DNA of 63,743 bases, filler included, from Octopus bimaculoides (GCF_001194135.2; 6 parts of 6 records of this genome joined end to end with filler, not necessarily neighbours in it); one strand, 5' to 3'; counted from the whole stretch's first letter, positions 1 to 11,988 are shown. A program made the numbers and translations. Notes: a model not told the origin generated them from the sequence alone.

Positions 1-234
1 TTAGTCCATGTGTGGAGAAGTTTATGAACGAATGATTCAACAAGTAGAAAAAAATATGGAGAGGTAATTGGTGATCGTTATTATTGGGGATAGAGGAGGT
101 AATTGTTCATCTTTCGGGGAGGGGATAGATATACACAAAAACACAAAAGCTAAAGTAGTGAAAAAGAAATATGTACAGTGATGGATATGTGATCATGAAT
201 TAAAATATATATTGATATCAAAGTTGGTTATGCG

Positions 235-1340
235 TTCATATTTAGACGTGTTCTGTATTTTTCGATGAATAAATTTTCTTTATTTAAACGTTCTTGTATA
301 GAAAAAAATTGTTTCTTTGCATTAGAGGAAGACTGTGAAGTTTGGTTGGATATTACCTGCACATCTCTCTGTGTCCACTCAAAACCGGATCTGTTCCTTA
401 TGTAGTGTGGTTCTCCGTCTCAGTGACAAACTTGTTTGTCCTATATTGTTATGTCACAACTTTAGCAAGTTATAACATAAATTAGATTCTCGGAAGCACA
501 AGTGAAGTTGGCTTTAATTGTGAACCTTTCTCCTAATTTGAATAGAAAATCCGAGCTTTGCAGTTGGTTGGGGCATGTTCCACAGTTTGGGCGTCCACAT
601 TTTTAAACGTTGATTTCGTGGTTGTTGTGTAAAGCTTTGCATTTGTTAGAAGCATTTTTAACGATTTGTGTCGCTTTTTGCATTTGATGAATTTATGTGT
701 TTTCCGAATCTTGTTCATTTTTGGATCTCTCGTGAGCATGGGTAGATTTTGTCCAAAAGTGTTGTATGCCTCATTGTTTCTAGAGTTGTGAGTTGATATA
801 TACGGTAGTGCTCTGAGTGTTACGTTTTGTTACCCTTAATGTTTTAATATCTAATTTCTTAGCACGCTTAGTTCCATCGTCTTTAAGTGAAAGTGGATAT
901 TGTCTTTCAGTTAGTGTTGTTCTGAGGTCTTGAAAACGAAGATTCCAAGTATTTCTATCAGAGACTATTGCGCAAATCCTTTTTGCTCAATTAAATGGGA
1001 TATTTATTTTGATGTGTTTCGGGTAGCATGAGCTAAACAGGAGATATTTTTTCGAGTCCATTGGCTTATGATAAATATCTCTTATAATTTGTTGACTTTT
1101 CTTTATCATAACATCCAAGAAAGGGAGCTGTTCTTTGCTATATTCCATTGTAAATTGAATGTTAGGGTTTATATCATTTAGTATTGATTTGAATTCCAAA
1201 TGTTTATCAATGGTTTCCTTCCAAATGATAAAGCAGTCATCCAGGTATCTTTTCCAGTTCTCTCTTATATAATGGTGAAATGGATATCCATATATATGGT
1301 GAATTCAAAATAACCCATTATTAGGTTCGCAAAAACATGA
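235..1340 (-). mobile_element. Penelope-like element fragment (RT C-terminal half + GIY-YIG endonuclease), frameshifted
   Basis: Manual translation: VFANLIMGYFE...WKRYLDDCFIIW (YLDD codons at 1236-1247), LNDINPNIQFTME..QLPFLDV..DIYHKP (ORF 987-1199), then NFTCASENLIYVITC*SC / IGQTSLSLRRRTTLHKEQI and RLNKENLFIEKYRTRLN. Motif order is typical of PLE RT-GIY-YIG. Confidence 0.9.
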
Positions 1341-1399
1341 GACAAACAAAAGTAAGGCCTTGCTGCTCTAAGACGAGACGAGTATATGAGTAGTAGCTG

Positions 1400-1560
1400 A
1401 TGTACAGTTCGTTCCCGCATTATATAGACTCACAAGGGCCGCTTTTCCAGTTTCCCGGTTTCGGTGACGCATAAATTCCCTACCTGGACAGGGCACCAGT
1501 CTGTCACAGGATTACTTATTTTGCCAGCTGAGGGGCCTGGAGCAACGTGAAATGAAATGT
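1400..1560 (-). mobile_element. SINE family C, internal fragment
   Basis: ccagtctgtcacaggattactt..cagctgag..ctggagcaacgtgaaatgaa matches the body of the copy at 8015-8110. Confidence 0.55.
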
Positions 1561-1834
1561 AATATGAGTAGCGCAAAGAAAAATGTCATATCGAACTGGA
1601 AGCGTAAAGGAGAACAGATGGAAAAACTTCCACAATTTATTATATCTATTAAAGTTGAGATCGTCTAGATGTGTTGCGTAAAACCAATGGAGCACACATG
1701 GAAGTGTTCTGATGTTTCTCCTAAAACTTTATTTATTTACCAATAAACTCTGCTGATTTATACATTTTTTTTCTTCTGAATTTCCCAAACTTAAAAGCTA
1801 ATTTATGGACATCCTGTATTTTTATGTGTATGGA

Positions 1835-1918
1835 TGTATGTGTGTAATGTATGTATGTGTGTGTGTTTGTCTGTGCATGTATGTATATATGTATTATGTA
1901 CGTACGTACGTACGTACG

Positions 1919-1957
<39 letters not shown>

Positions 1958-2546
1958 ATGTGTGTGTGTGTGTGTGTGTTTGTCTGTGCATGTATGTATA
2001 TATGTGCGCATAACTATGTGCTAATGTTTATACTTCTATCTCTTTCCTAATCCACAATTTCTGGATTTCGTCTCTCCAGATGTCATTTAAAGAAGACACT
2101 GCTTTATTTTACGTACAAACGAAGTTGTTATGAAGTTACGATAAAGGTCTGGCTGAAGCAACAACCTCCCCACCACCACCACCACCAACAACAACAACAA
2201 TACCAACAACAGCAGCAACAGCAGCAACAGCAGCAGTAACTGCAGTATCAACTACAACTGCACATGATCTTCATTGATCTTACAAAACAAATATGTAATA
2301 CATACTTTGAGTGTGTGTGTGTGTGTGTGTATGCGTGTGTGTGTGTGTATGTATGCGTGTGTGTGTGTTTATTCGTGCGCTTGTTAATGTGTTTGTGTGT
2401 GCGTGAGTGTTTGGATGCACGTATATGTTTATATATATATACATACATACATTTACATACACATATACACACAAACACACACACACAGACACACAAACAC
2501 ACAGACGCAGACACACACACACACACATACACACACACACACACAT

Positions 2547-2616
<70 letters not shown>

Positions 2617-3100
2617 GTATACCATAAAAGTTAGGTCTACAGTCCAACAAATGATTTTATTTAGTAACTGGGTAGTAACCGGATAGATCTGCAATGTACA
2701 GGGCTGGGTATATAACATGATGTACAAGCTGATCGAATCCAACGCTGCTTCTAGTATTTAGAATTTGTTCGACACACTCATTCCTCCACAGTATCACTCT
2801 GCGCTTTTTTTTTATCGTTAGTTCGACATCGACACATTCTTGAAAGGTTGCATGATACACCTGTTACTAAACGCGTTTCATATACTTACATAGATACACG
2901 TATGTATGCAAGTATATACACATATGTATGATAGTAAGTATGTATGTATATTTGTATGTATGATTGTATGTTTGTATGTATGATTGTATGTATGTACGAT
3001 TGTACGTATGTATGTATATATGTATGTACGTATGCATTTATGTATGTATGTATGTATGTATGTATGTATGCATGTATATATATATAAATATGCATATATG
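1835..3100. repeat. Microsatellite cluster: (TG)n/(TATG)n, (CAC/CAA/CAG)n at 2161-2240, (CA)n(TA)n, (TATG)n
   Basis: Directly visible simple repeats separated by short unique segments. Confidence 0.95.
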
Positions 3101-3215
3101 TATGTTATTATTCAGCTTATTTCAAGATTTCTTGCCAATAGAGAAAGAGCCAGTTTCTAACCTAGGTCCAAGACTCCTGCATTGGGATTTCAACAACACC
3201 AACAGGGTATTTTTG

Positions 3216-3258
<43 letters not shown>

Positions 3259-4362
3259 GTATTTATGTATGTATTCTCACGCATATACTTGCATATATAG
3301 ACAGGCTCCTATATACTTAAATAATAAACTTCTGCAAAGTTTTACAGATTTTTACAGTTCCAGCGATGGCCTAGATCTGTAGTCTTTTAATCAGCTACTT
3401 GTCTGTCTGTCTGTCTGTATGTATGTATGTATGTCTGTATGTATGTCTGTATGTATGTATGTATGTATGTATGCATGTATGTATGTTCTTCTCTTTCTCT
3501 TCTTAATTTTAGAATAAATTTTGACCAGCCACCAACTTTGTAGTATGGTTGTGAACGGAAGTATCTTGTTTTAAACATCATCTTTTAAATCTCAAAGAGG
3601 TCTTGCAGATTTTTACAATCCTAGATATTGTGGTCATTTGTAGTAATGGTCACTATGTTCTGTAACTACGCTCGTCTTTTTCTGCAATATACTTTGTAAC
3701 AGAGGAAATAAACACATTATATTCTAAAATTTATTTGCATTATAATTAAAATGGGATATGTGAAAGCAAACTAAAAACAAAAACGAGAGGTGATAGAGCA
3801 AAACTATTCAGAAAATTGAATTCACCATATCAAAATTAGTGAAAAACATATACATACATACATACATACATACATACATACATACATACATCATTGCCTT
3901 AGAGCAAAAATGTTTTTTTTTGTAAACCAATGTAATAGGCAAATCGAAAATAAAACATAAATCAACAAATGTTAAAAATACGTACATACATACATACATA
4001 TATATACATACATTTCTATACATATCTATATATATATATATAGAATGATGTGGGTGGTATCCCTATAGTTGATGGTGGTAATATGACATCCATATGAATG
4101 CAACCGATATTTCTGGTTCCTTCATAATCTACAGGCTCCGTTTAACTCGCCATTTTCCTGAAATGTTTCACCTTTCATCTAATTATGAATACGTCTTAGG
4201 TTACAATACAGTAATCTAATTTACATACTCGCTGTAGTTACGACCTGTTTGTGTGTGTATATGTATGGTGGTTGTATATGCGCGTGTTTTTATATGCACG
4301 TATGTATTTATTTAGGTTTGAGTATGTACGTGTGTATGTAAGTGTGTATATATGTCTGCATG

Positions 4363-4403
<41 letters not shown>

Positions 4404-4764
4404 GTGTGTGTATACATACATACACACATACGTACACATATATACATATATATATATATGTATATATATATATACAAGAATAAGGGCAGAGAATCGTCAA
4501 TTAATAATAGAATTAATAATTAACAATTCTGCCAAGTAGTTCAGTATGAAAAAACCTTTATCGGTAAGACTATTTATCATTATAAATATACAGGGATTAG
4601 CAATTGAGTTGCTTCTCCAACATACTGAAAATTTAGAAATAGCAGTCAAAGAACTACTGATTCCAAACTACAAATTTTCTCCAAAGTGGATGGCGATATT
4701 TATGGCACACATAGAACAAAAAACCGGAGGGAAAAGCGTAAACAAGCCAAGCCTTTAGTTAATT

Positions 4765-4797
<33 letters not shown>

Positions 4798-5635
4798 NNN
4801 NNNNNNNNNNNNNNNNNNNNNNNNNNNNNNNNNNNNNNNNNNNNNNNNNNNNNNNNNNNNNNNNNNNNNNNNNNNNNNNNNNNNNNNNNNNNNNNNNNNN
4901 NNNNNNNNNNNNNNNNNNNNNNNNNNNNNNNNNNNNNNNNNNNNNNNNNNNNNNNNNNNNNNNNNNNNNNNNNNNNNNNNNNNNNNNNNNNNNNNNNNNN
5001 NNNNNNNNNNNNNNNNNNNNNNNNNNNNNNNNNNNNNNNNNNNNNNNNNNNNNNNNNNNNNNNNNNNNNNNNNNNNNNNNNNNNNNNNNNNNNNNNNNNN
5101 NNNNNNNNNNNNNNNNNNNNNNNNNNNNNNNNNNNNNNNNNNNNNNNNNNNNNNNNNNNNNNNNNNNNNNNNNNNNNNNNNNNNNNNNNNNNNNNNNNNN
5201 NNNNNNNNNNNNNNNNNNNNNNNNNNNNNNNNNNNNNNNNNNNNNNNNNNNNNNNNNNNNNNNNNNNNNNNNNNNNNNNNNNNNNNNNNNNNNNNNNNNN
5301 NNNNNNNNNNNNNNNNNNNNNNNNNNNNNNNNNNNNNNNNNNNNNNNNNNNNNNNNNNNNNNNNNNNNNNNNNNNNNNNNNNNNNNNNNNNNNNNNNNNN
5401 NNNNNNNNNNNNNNNNNNNNNNNNNNNNNNNNNNNNNNNNNNNNNNNNNNNNNNNNNNNNNNNNNNNNNNNNNNNNNNNNNNNNNNNNNNNNNNNNNNNN
5501 NNNNNNNNNNNNNNNNNNNNNNNNNNNNNNNNNNNNNNNNNNNNNNNNNNNNNNNNNNNNNNNNNNNNNNNNNNNNNNNNNNNNNNNNNNATATATATAT
5601 ATATATATATATACATCTTCTTTCTTTTATTCATT

Positions 5636-5792
5636 TCAGTCACTAGACAGCGGCCATGCTGGGATACGGCCTCGAAGAAATTTAGACGTGCGAATCGATC
5701 CTAGTTCTCCATTTTTTTTTATTTTGTAAAGCCTGGTACTTATTCTATCAGACACCTTTGCCGAATTACTAAGTTATGGGGACGTAAACATA
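5636..5792 (-). mobile_element. SINE family A, 3' part
   Basis: Reverse complement of tgtttacgtcccc..cttag..cggcaaa..gatagaataagtac..cagcatggccgc..gactgaaa seen in the full copy at 61775. Confidence 0.75.
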
Positions 5793-5937
5793 TACGCAGA
5801 CACGCGTGCGTGCATACATACAAACACATTATATATGTGTTTGTGTATAAATATATATATACATATATATACGATAGGCTCCTTTCGGTTTTATGTATAC
5901 ACACACACGCACACATACATACATACATACATGCATA

Positions 5938-5973
<36 letters not shown>

Positions 5974-6620
5974 CATAAAGAACGAGAGACAGAAATACAT
6001 ATATATACATATAAATGTTGGTCTTTCGCACGATTTGCGTTTATCACAATTTCATTCCCAAAGTTGTGGTCTCTACTCGTGGTTATGGTAAGGAAAACAC
6101 TCGCTCAATGTTCGGCGTAACGCACCGGTATTGAACCAGTGACCATGTGATGGTTCGTGGTTGAGAAGCAACCTGCTAAACAGCAGAATCATACCTGCAT
6201 TTGACGATGTTCTCGCTTAAAATATTTTTTCGTAAACATCAGGGGACTTTTTTTTTTGTCTTAGAAATCAATAATTTACAGGACATAGTAAACCATCTCA
6301 AATAGTCTCTTAATTTCCTGTTGCAGATAATATCTCATCTGAATTAATCCATTCACTTCCTACTTTGAATGAGATAATACGTGAAATAATAATCTGTTGA
6401 ATGTCTGTCTATATACTACGGTGTACAGGGGCCTTTATAAGAAAGATATTGCACAGCAGTGGTTCTGTAGCTTTGTGATTTCGTATTACACTGGAGATTA
6501 AATTATAAAAAATTGTCGGTGCTCAAGAGAGCAGACAGAAAAATCTGAAAAAGAAAAGGCAGACAGACAAAGAAAAATCATTACAAAAATCAATAAAAAA
6601 AATAGCCAAGGATATCCAGA

Positions 6621-6975
6621 CATGGCTGTGTAGTAAGAAGCTTGCGTACCAACCACATAGTTCTGAGTTCAGTCCCACTACGTGGCACCTTGGGCAAGTG
6701 TCTTCTACTGTAACCCCGGGTCGACGAAAGCCTTGTGAGTGGATTTAGGAAACGGAAACTGAAAGAAGCCCGTCGTATATATATGTGTGTGTGTGTGTCT
6801 GTGTCTGTATCTTTGTTTGACCCCTACGACCGTTCGGCAACCGGTGTTGGTGTGTTTACGTCCCCGTAGCTAAACACTTTGCTATAAGAGAACGATAGAA
6901 TAAGTACTAGGCTCAAAGAGAAAAGGTCTTGGGTACGATTTATTCGACTAAAACCCTTCAAGGTGGGTTGCAGTT
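6621..6975 (+). mobile_element. SINE family A (tRNA-like head, CORE-like motif, internal TA/TG microsatellite), near full length
   Basis: A-box-like ggctgtgtagtaag, B-box-like gagttcagtccc, ccttgggcaagt motif, gacggaaactgaaagaagcc-type segment, then (TA)(TG) and a 3' half; colinear with 61775-62167. Confidence 0.85.
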
Positions 6976-7149
6976 TCCCATGCATGCAAGTCTCTCATCA
7001 CGATGTCCCCACCCGATGTTTATCCAAGGGGATTGTTGCAACTTTGGGGCGATATATCTTGGCACCAATACGGGAGCTGATAGGCGTCGCTGCCAGAACA
7101 CGAAAAGCTAAAACATGTACCGCAATGCCTCTCAGCATCTCGCTCGACC

Positions 7150-7316
7150 CTCAAACAACTCAGCCTGTCTGTTACTCTGGGATGGTATTATTTATCGACC
7201 TAATGAAAGGATAAAATGTAAAGTTGTCCTCAGCTTAATTTGAACTCAAAGCCCAGCGTATTGGACCAAATAACCCAAGGCATCTCATCCAACATTCTAT
7301 CGACTCTACCAGCTCG
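7150..7316 (-). mobile_element. SINE family B, degenerate
   Basis: Reverse complement of cgagctggtagagtcgatag..ttgagttcaaatt..actttacattttatcctttc..gtcgataaat. Confidence 0.6.
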
Positions 7317-7491
7317 TAATGCAGTGTTTTTCATTCAGTGATCCACATTTAGCGTGAGTTTTTAAAATTTATCATTCAAGACTTTAAAAAGTCGATATTA
7401 ACACTTGATGTCTTAAAAACTGTCTTCATCATTTTGCTATACTCAAATATGTCAAATAAAAACAAGATAAGCAATTGTGTTGTTTTCTTTT

Positions 7492-7700
7492 AATTGTTTC
7501 AATCATTGGACTGTGGCCATACGGACAGAGCACCTTCAATGGTTTTAGTCGAATAAATCCTTTTAAGTCTGGCACATACATACATGACGAGCTTCCATTG
7601 CGTTTCCTGTTATCAAATTCGTTCCCAAGACATTCGCCAACCCAAGGCTATAAGAGAACGCACTTGCCCTTGGTGCCGCGCAGTGGAGCTGAAACCTGTA
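7492..7700 (-). mobile_element. SINE family A, internally deleted
   Basis: tttcaatcattggactgtggccat (3' tail, reverse complement) and cacttgcccttggtgccgcgcagtggagctgaaacc (head, reverse complement). Confidence 0.7.
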
Positions 7701-7779
7701 CTTGCGCCAATGAATAACAAAACTGGAAAAAGTTAACTGGTGACTATTTTTTATGAGTATATTACGGATAATTAATAAA

Positions 7780-8645
7780 TCAGCTTCTTATTACTTCTCT
7801 GAAATTAGCCGCTAAATCTCTTGTGTCAAGTAATATTTCCCTTGAAATAGTGTGATGAATAAATTTCTTAATTAACATCTTATTTGAAATTACATGATCA
7901 CGTGATCGGCCAAACTAACGGATATTGTTATATATTGCTGGTCACAATGCGTTTTGCATCATTTTAGCTTTAGAATGATGCCACCCCGCCGACTAGGCGA
8001 GTAGGCCAACATTTCTCCAGGTCGGAACACTAGTCCGTCGCTGGGTGACCCATTACAGCTAAATGGACCGGAGTAACTTGAAGTGTTTTGCCCAAGAATA
8101 CAAAGTACTTCCCTGTCCGGGAATAGAACCCACCATCTAACGATGATGAATGCAAGACCCTAACCACTAGGCCACGCGTTTACAGTTGTTTGAAGTACCC
8201 TGCATGTATTCAATTCCAAGTATTATTTCACCTTAAATTGTTTAGTAATTTTCTGCTTCATTTACAATCTCACCTGAGAAATTTAGTAACTGTAATATTT
8301 CACCTGAGATACATAACTAGTTTTCCATTCTAGTGAACATCTAATTTGAAATACTCCGTTGATTTTTTTCTCGGTCTTTGAAAGATCTCACTAGAAATCG
8401 TCCGCTAAATTTCTTGTGTCAGGTAAAATATTTCATCTGGAATTAGTTTGCTGAATTCTCTTCCAAGAAATATCTTTCCGTTCAAGATAACATCACACCT
8501 GACATAGTTTGCTGACGCTCTGTTCTAGGTAACGTCTTGCCTTGTATATTTCAATGAAAATATTTCTGGGTTAATACCTGGAATTTTTTAGATTACTGAT
8601 TTTCATTTTCAGGTAATTATCTTACCTGAAATTTGTTCAATAAAA
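7780..8645. repeat. Degenerate ~42-bp palindromic tandem array, left segment (interrupted by SINE C)
   Basis: Recurrent tcacctga/ttacctgaa motifs, e.g. ttttcaggtaattatcttacctgaaat near 8605-8632. Confidence 0.65.
7895..8178 (-). mobile_element. SINE family C with tRNA-like head
   Basis: Reverse complement reads cgcgtggcctagtggttagggtc (A box)..gggttctattcccgg (B box)..cttgggcaaaacacttc (CORE-like). Confidence 0.75.
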
Positions 8646-8734
8646 TTCGAATTATGCCATAAAATAAGCTCTAGATTAAAATGTTTATCTATATGACGCA
8701 CTAGACTTATATGTTGCAGTACAAATATAGAAAG

Positions 8735-8921
8735 AGGCGCCGGCGTGGCTGTGTAGGTGTAGGCGTGGGTGTGTGGTAAAAATTTTGCCTTCCAACCACA
8801 TGGTTCCGAGTTCAGTTCCCACTGCAGGGCACGTTAGGCAAATGTCTCCTATTATAGCCTGAGGCTGACAAAAGCGTTGTGAGTGGATTTGATAGACGGA
8901 AACTAAAGGAAGTCTATCGTA
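8735..8921 (+). mobile_element. SINE family A, 5' half with a ~20-bp tandem duplication of the head
   Basis: ggcgtggctgtgtaggtgtaggcgtgggtgtgtggtaa..ccaaccacatggttccgagttcagttcccactgc..gtgagtggatttgatagacggaaac, ending in (TA)n. Confidence 0.85.
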
Positions 8922-8956
8922 TATATATATATATATATATATATATNNNNNNNNNN

Positions 8957-8985
<29 letters not shown>

Positions 8986-8990
<5 letters not shown>

Positions 8991-9248
8991 GCAGACTGGC
9001 GAGGTTGCCAGCTTGCCCTATGGCAAGTGGGCCCCTGCGCCATTAGAATCCATATATGAGGGCCCATGTTAGTATCTAAGGGCCCCATCCTCTGAAGTTT
9101 GAGAACTTTTTATTCACCTGTGGAAGAATACATTAATTATTTCAGCCTGGCTGTGTTTATTGACAGTTGAAAAGACTACTTTTAACAAAAAAAAATTCAA
9201 TTAAAGCATTGTAGTTGCGGGTGGGCCCCCAGACCCAGTCCACCACTG
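8986..9248. mobile_element. Putative hAT-like MITE inserted in (TA)n
   Basis: Imperfect 14-bp TIRs caatggcagactgg (8986-8999) and ccagtccaccactg (9235-9248), 11/14 match; flanking 8-mers tatatata / tatacaca; gggcccc motifs near both ends. Confidence 0.5.
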
Positions 9249-9257
9249 TATACACAT

Positions 9258-9422
9258 ATATACGACAGGCTTCTTTCAGTTTTTGTCAACCTAATCCACT
9301 AGCAAGGCTTAAATCGGTCCAGGGCTATAGTAGATGACTGTCGTCCAAAGTGCCACGCAATGGACTGAACCCAGAGCCATGTGGATGGAAGGCAAATTTC
9401 TTACCACACAGCCACGCCTGCA
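9258..9422 (-). mobile_element. SINE family A, 5' half
   Basis: cgacaggcttctttcagttt..aatccact..gtgccacgcaatggactgaaccc..ccatgtgg..cttaccacacagccacgcctg. Confidence 0.85.
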
Positions 9423-9659
9423 GCTATATTATCCAAATTATACCATGGAATCGGCTCTCAATTAAAATCTTTATGATAATATGACATACCTAGCATATGT
9501 ATATTATAGAAAAGCCAGAAACTGAAGTGCTCTTCCAGGAAAAGACCCCTTTTAACCTCGCTCAGAAGTATATTGTAATTTTTTAATTGAATACGTCAAT
9601 AAAGGAATATTCTCCCGGGCAAACAGTGCAGCTTCTGTCTTTAATTCAATAAAGTTCTA

Positions 9660-11140
9660 TATTTCTACTGACGCGCAACTTTTCTTATTTCAAGTCATAT
9701 CACACCTGAAAATATTCGGTTGAATTTTCTGAAAACTCACCTGACATACGTTCAACCATTCTGTTTCACGCTATATCTCACCTGAAGTTGCTTGCTGAAT
9801 ACCTATCCCAATTATTATCTTACCTGAAATAATTTGATGAATTTATTTTTCATATTACATCATACCTGTTCCCTTACAGTTCCATGTACATTTCACCTGA
9901 AATACTCTACCAATTTCCCTGTTCCCAGTTTCTTTAGCAGGCGATATCTCACCTGAACATAGTTTAATTCATTTCTATCTTTGTATAACCTGAAATTAAT
10001 CTTTTTCTTATTTATTTCAGGTAATATCACACCTGAAAATATTCTACAGATATTCCGGGTCCAGATATTTAGATTCTACTCGCCCGATATTTAGATTCGA
10101 TTATTGTGCCCCACCTCCCCGAAACAGCTTGCTGAATACTTGTCTCAGGTATTATCTGACCTGAAATAATTTGATAAATATATTTCTCGACCCATTTTTC
10201 GTCTAAAATAGTCTGCTCACTTACAATTAAAGGTAAATCCCACCTGCAATACCCTGCTAATTTCTTTGTTCCCGGTATTACATCACCTGGAACTATTCGA
10301 TAACATAATATATCAGAATATATCACCTGTAATAGTCTGATGACTCGTTGAGCTAGTCTGGTGAATATCTGTCTCTGTAAATATCTCACCTGAAATCGTG
10401 TTCAACTTTTCTATTTCAAGTAATATATAACCTGAAATTTTTCTGCTACCATACTCTCCTGGGTTGTATCTCACTTGAAATTATCTATTAATTTCTCTAC
10501 TCTAGGCAATATTTCAACTGGAATTGTTTGCCAACATTCTCTTCTGCGTGATATATCACAATATATCGCAGTTTATCATTAAAAATTGTCTGATAACTTA
10601 CTCTCACGGGCAATAACTGACCTGAAATTCGGATATATTATTTTGTTTCTACAAAGAGTTTGATGAATATTATTCTCAGGTTATATTCTACCTGAAATAT
10701 TCTTTTAACATTCCATTCCAGTCAATATATCACCTGGAATTCGTTAATGTTTAGTTCCAGGTAATATTTTGCCTCATATCGTCTACTTTCCGTTCTCACT
10801 TAAAATTCTACTGAATTATTCTGTTCAAGATATAAATCTTACCAGAAAAGTGTCCACCAAATCTCAGTTCTAAATCGTATTTTACCTGAAAGACCATCAA
10901 ATTATCTATTGCAGGTAATATCTACTCACCTGAAATTTTGTTAAATCTTTGTTTCATGTATTATCCCACCGAAAAATGTTAGCTACCTTTCTATTTCATG
11001 GATTACTTCACCTGAAATTGTCTACTAATTTTCTGTTTTAGATAGCATCTTACCTGAATTATCCGCTAATTACCTTTTTGTTCTCAGTAATGTCACACCT
11101 GAAATTGTCTGTTAACTTATTCAGCGAATATCTAACTAGA
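9660..11140. repeat. Degenerate ~42-bp tandem array, approximate consensus tttcaggt-aatatctc-acctgaaa-ttgtctgctaattttctg
   Basis: acctg motif starts at 9780, 9822, 9864; 10388, 10430; 10690, 10732; 10884, 10928; 11010, 11052 (42-44 bp spacing). Each unit has an internal inverted repeat, e.g. tttcaggt aatatcac acctgaaa at 10015-10038. Confidence 0.85.
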
Positions 11141-11330
11141 AATTCTGTGCTTAATAATTTGCTATATTTCATTATTTCTCTTTTACTGTTATACGGAGTA
11201 CTTTAAAACGCTAAGCACGTAATTGATTAACGCTTTGCGTCTAAATTCATTTATTATAGCAATAATAATCCAACAGCTTATATTGTTTCTTTCAGTTATT
11301 TTCCAATAATTATTATTACAGCAAAACTTT

Positions 11331-11543
11331 AAGGCGCCGAGCTAGCATTATCGTTACCGCGCCGGTCAAAATACTGAGCGGTATTTCGTTCCGATCTTTA
11401 CGTTCTCAGTTCATATGCCACCGAGGTTGACTTTGCCCTTCATCCTTTTGGAGTTGATAAAATAAGTACCGGTTGGCTATTGGGGTCAATATAATCGACT
11501 TGCCCCACGCCTCAAAATTGCTTCTTTTGTGCCAAAAAAAGAA
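11331..11543 (+). mobile_element. SINE family B
   Basis: ggcgccgagctagc..cgttctcagttca..ccgaggttgactttgcccttcatcc..gataaaataagtacc..ggggtcaat..atcgactt..gtgccaaaa. Confidence 0.85.
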
Positions 11544-11589
11544 TAAGAGAATTATTACTCTCTTTCATTCATTATCTCCCTCTCACGAA

Positions 11590-11803
11590 AGACAGCGAGT
11601 TGGCAGAATCGTTAGTACGCCAGGCAAAATTCGTAACAGTATTTCGACCGTCTTTATGTTCTGAGTTCAAATTTGGCCGAGGTCAACTTTACCTTTTATC
11701 CTCTAGGGGTCGATAAAATAAGTACAAGTTGAACTCTGGGGATCGACGTAATCGACTTAACCTAGCTCCCGAAATTCCTGGCTCTAGGCCAAAATTTGAA
11801 ATC
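11590..11803 (+). mobile_element. SINE family B (tandem with the previous copy)
   Basis: gcgagttggcagaatcgttag..ctgagttcaaattt..ggtcaacttt..ggggtcgataaaataagtac..ccaaaatttgaaatc. Confidence 0.85.
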
Positions 11804-11988
11804 ATTATCTCCCTCTCTATTTTTCACACTTCCTCTCCCCCCCCCCTCTCTCTCTCTCTATCAAGCTTAACACATAAATATAATATAAAAACATTTGGCA
11901 TACATATCAATACAAGAAAAATTTATGAAACACTCACAATTAATCAAAGCACGTACGTGACGAGTCGAGGGATTTTTCATCGAGGTAA

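Noticed and set aside
1733-3320. Many HT/YI/CV/MYVC-repeat ORFs here and throughout the window
   Set aside because: Translations of (CA)n, (TA)n and (TATG)n microsatellites with no coding signal.
4546-4760. ORF segment GLAIELLLQH..PNYKFSP / DIYGTHRTKNR faintly like a piggyBac transposase core
   Set aside because: Similarity is too weak and needs a frameshift; no catalytic Asp context or TTAA/CCC ends were found.
4686-5729. Long ORFs of 150-350 aa spanning N-runs (also near 27.4, 34.8, 39.5, 45.1, 48.8, 50.9 and 60.0 kb)
   Set aside because: Open only because N codons contain no stops; the flanks are (TA)n translations.
6621-6700. tRNA gene call for SINE heads with A/B boxes
   Set aside because: No complete cloverleaf or acceptor stem; the heads run into SINE bodies and occur as diverged dispersed copies.
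7780-11140. CRISPR interpretation of the palindromic 42-bp array
   Set aside because: The repeats are highly degenerate, the linkers are mutually similar rather than unique spacers, the context is eukaryotic, and no cas genes are present.
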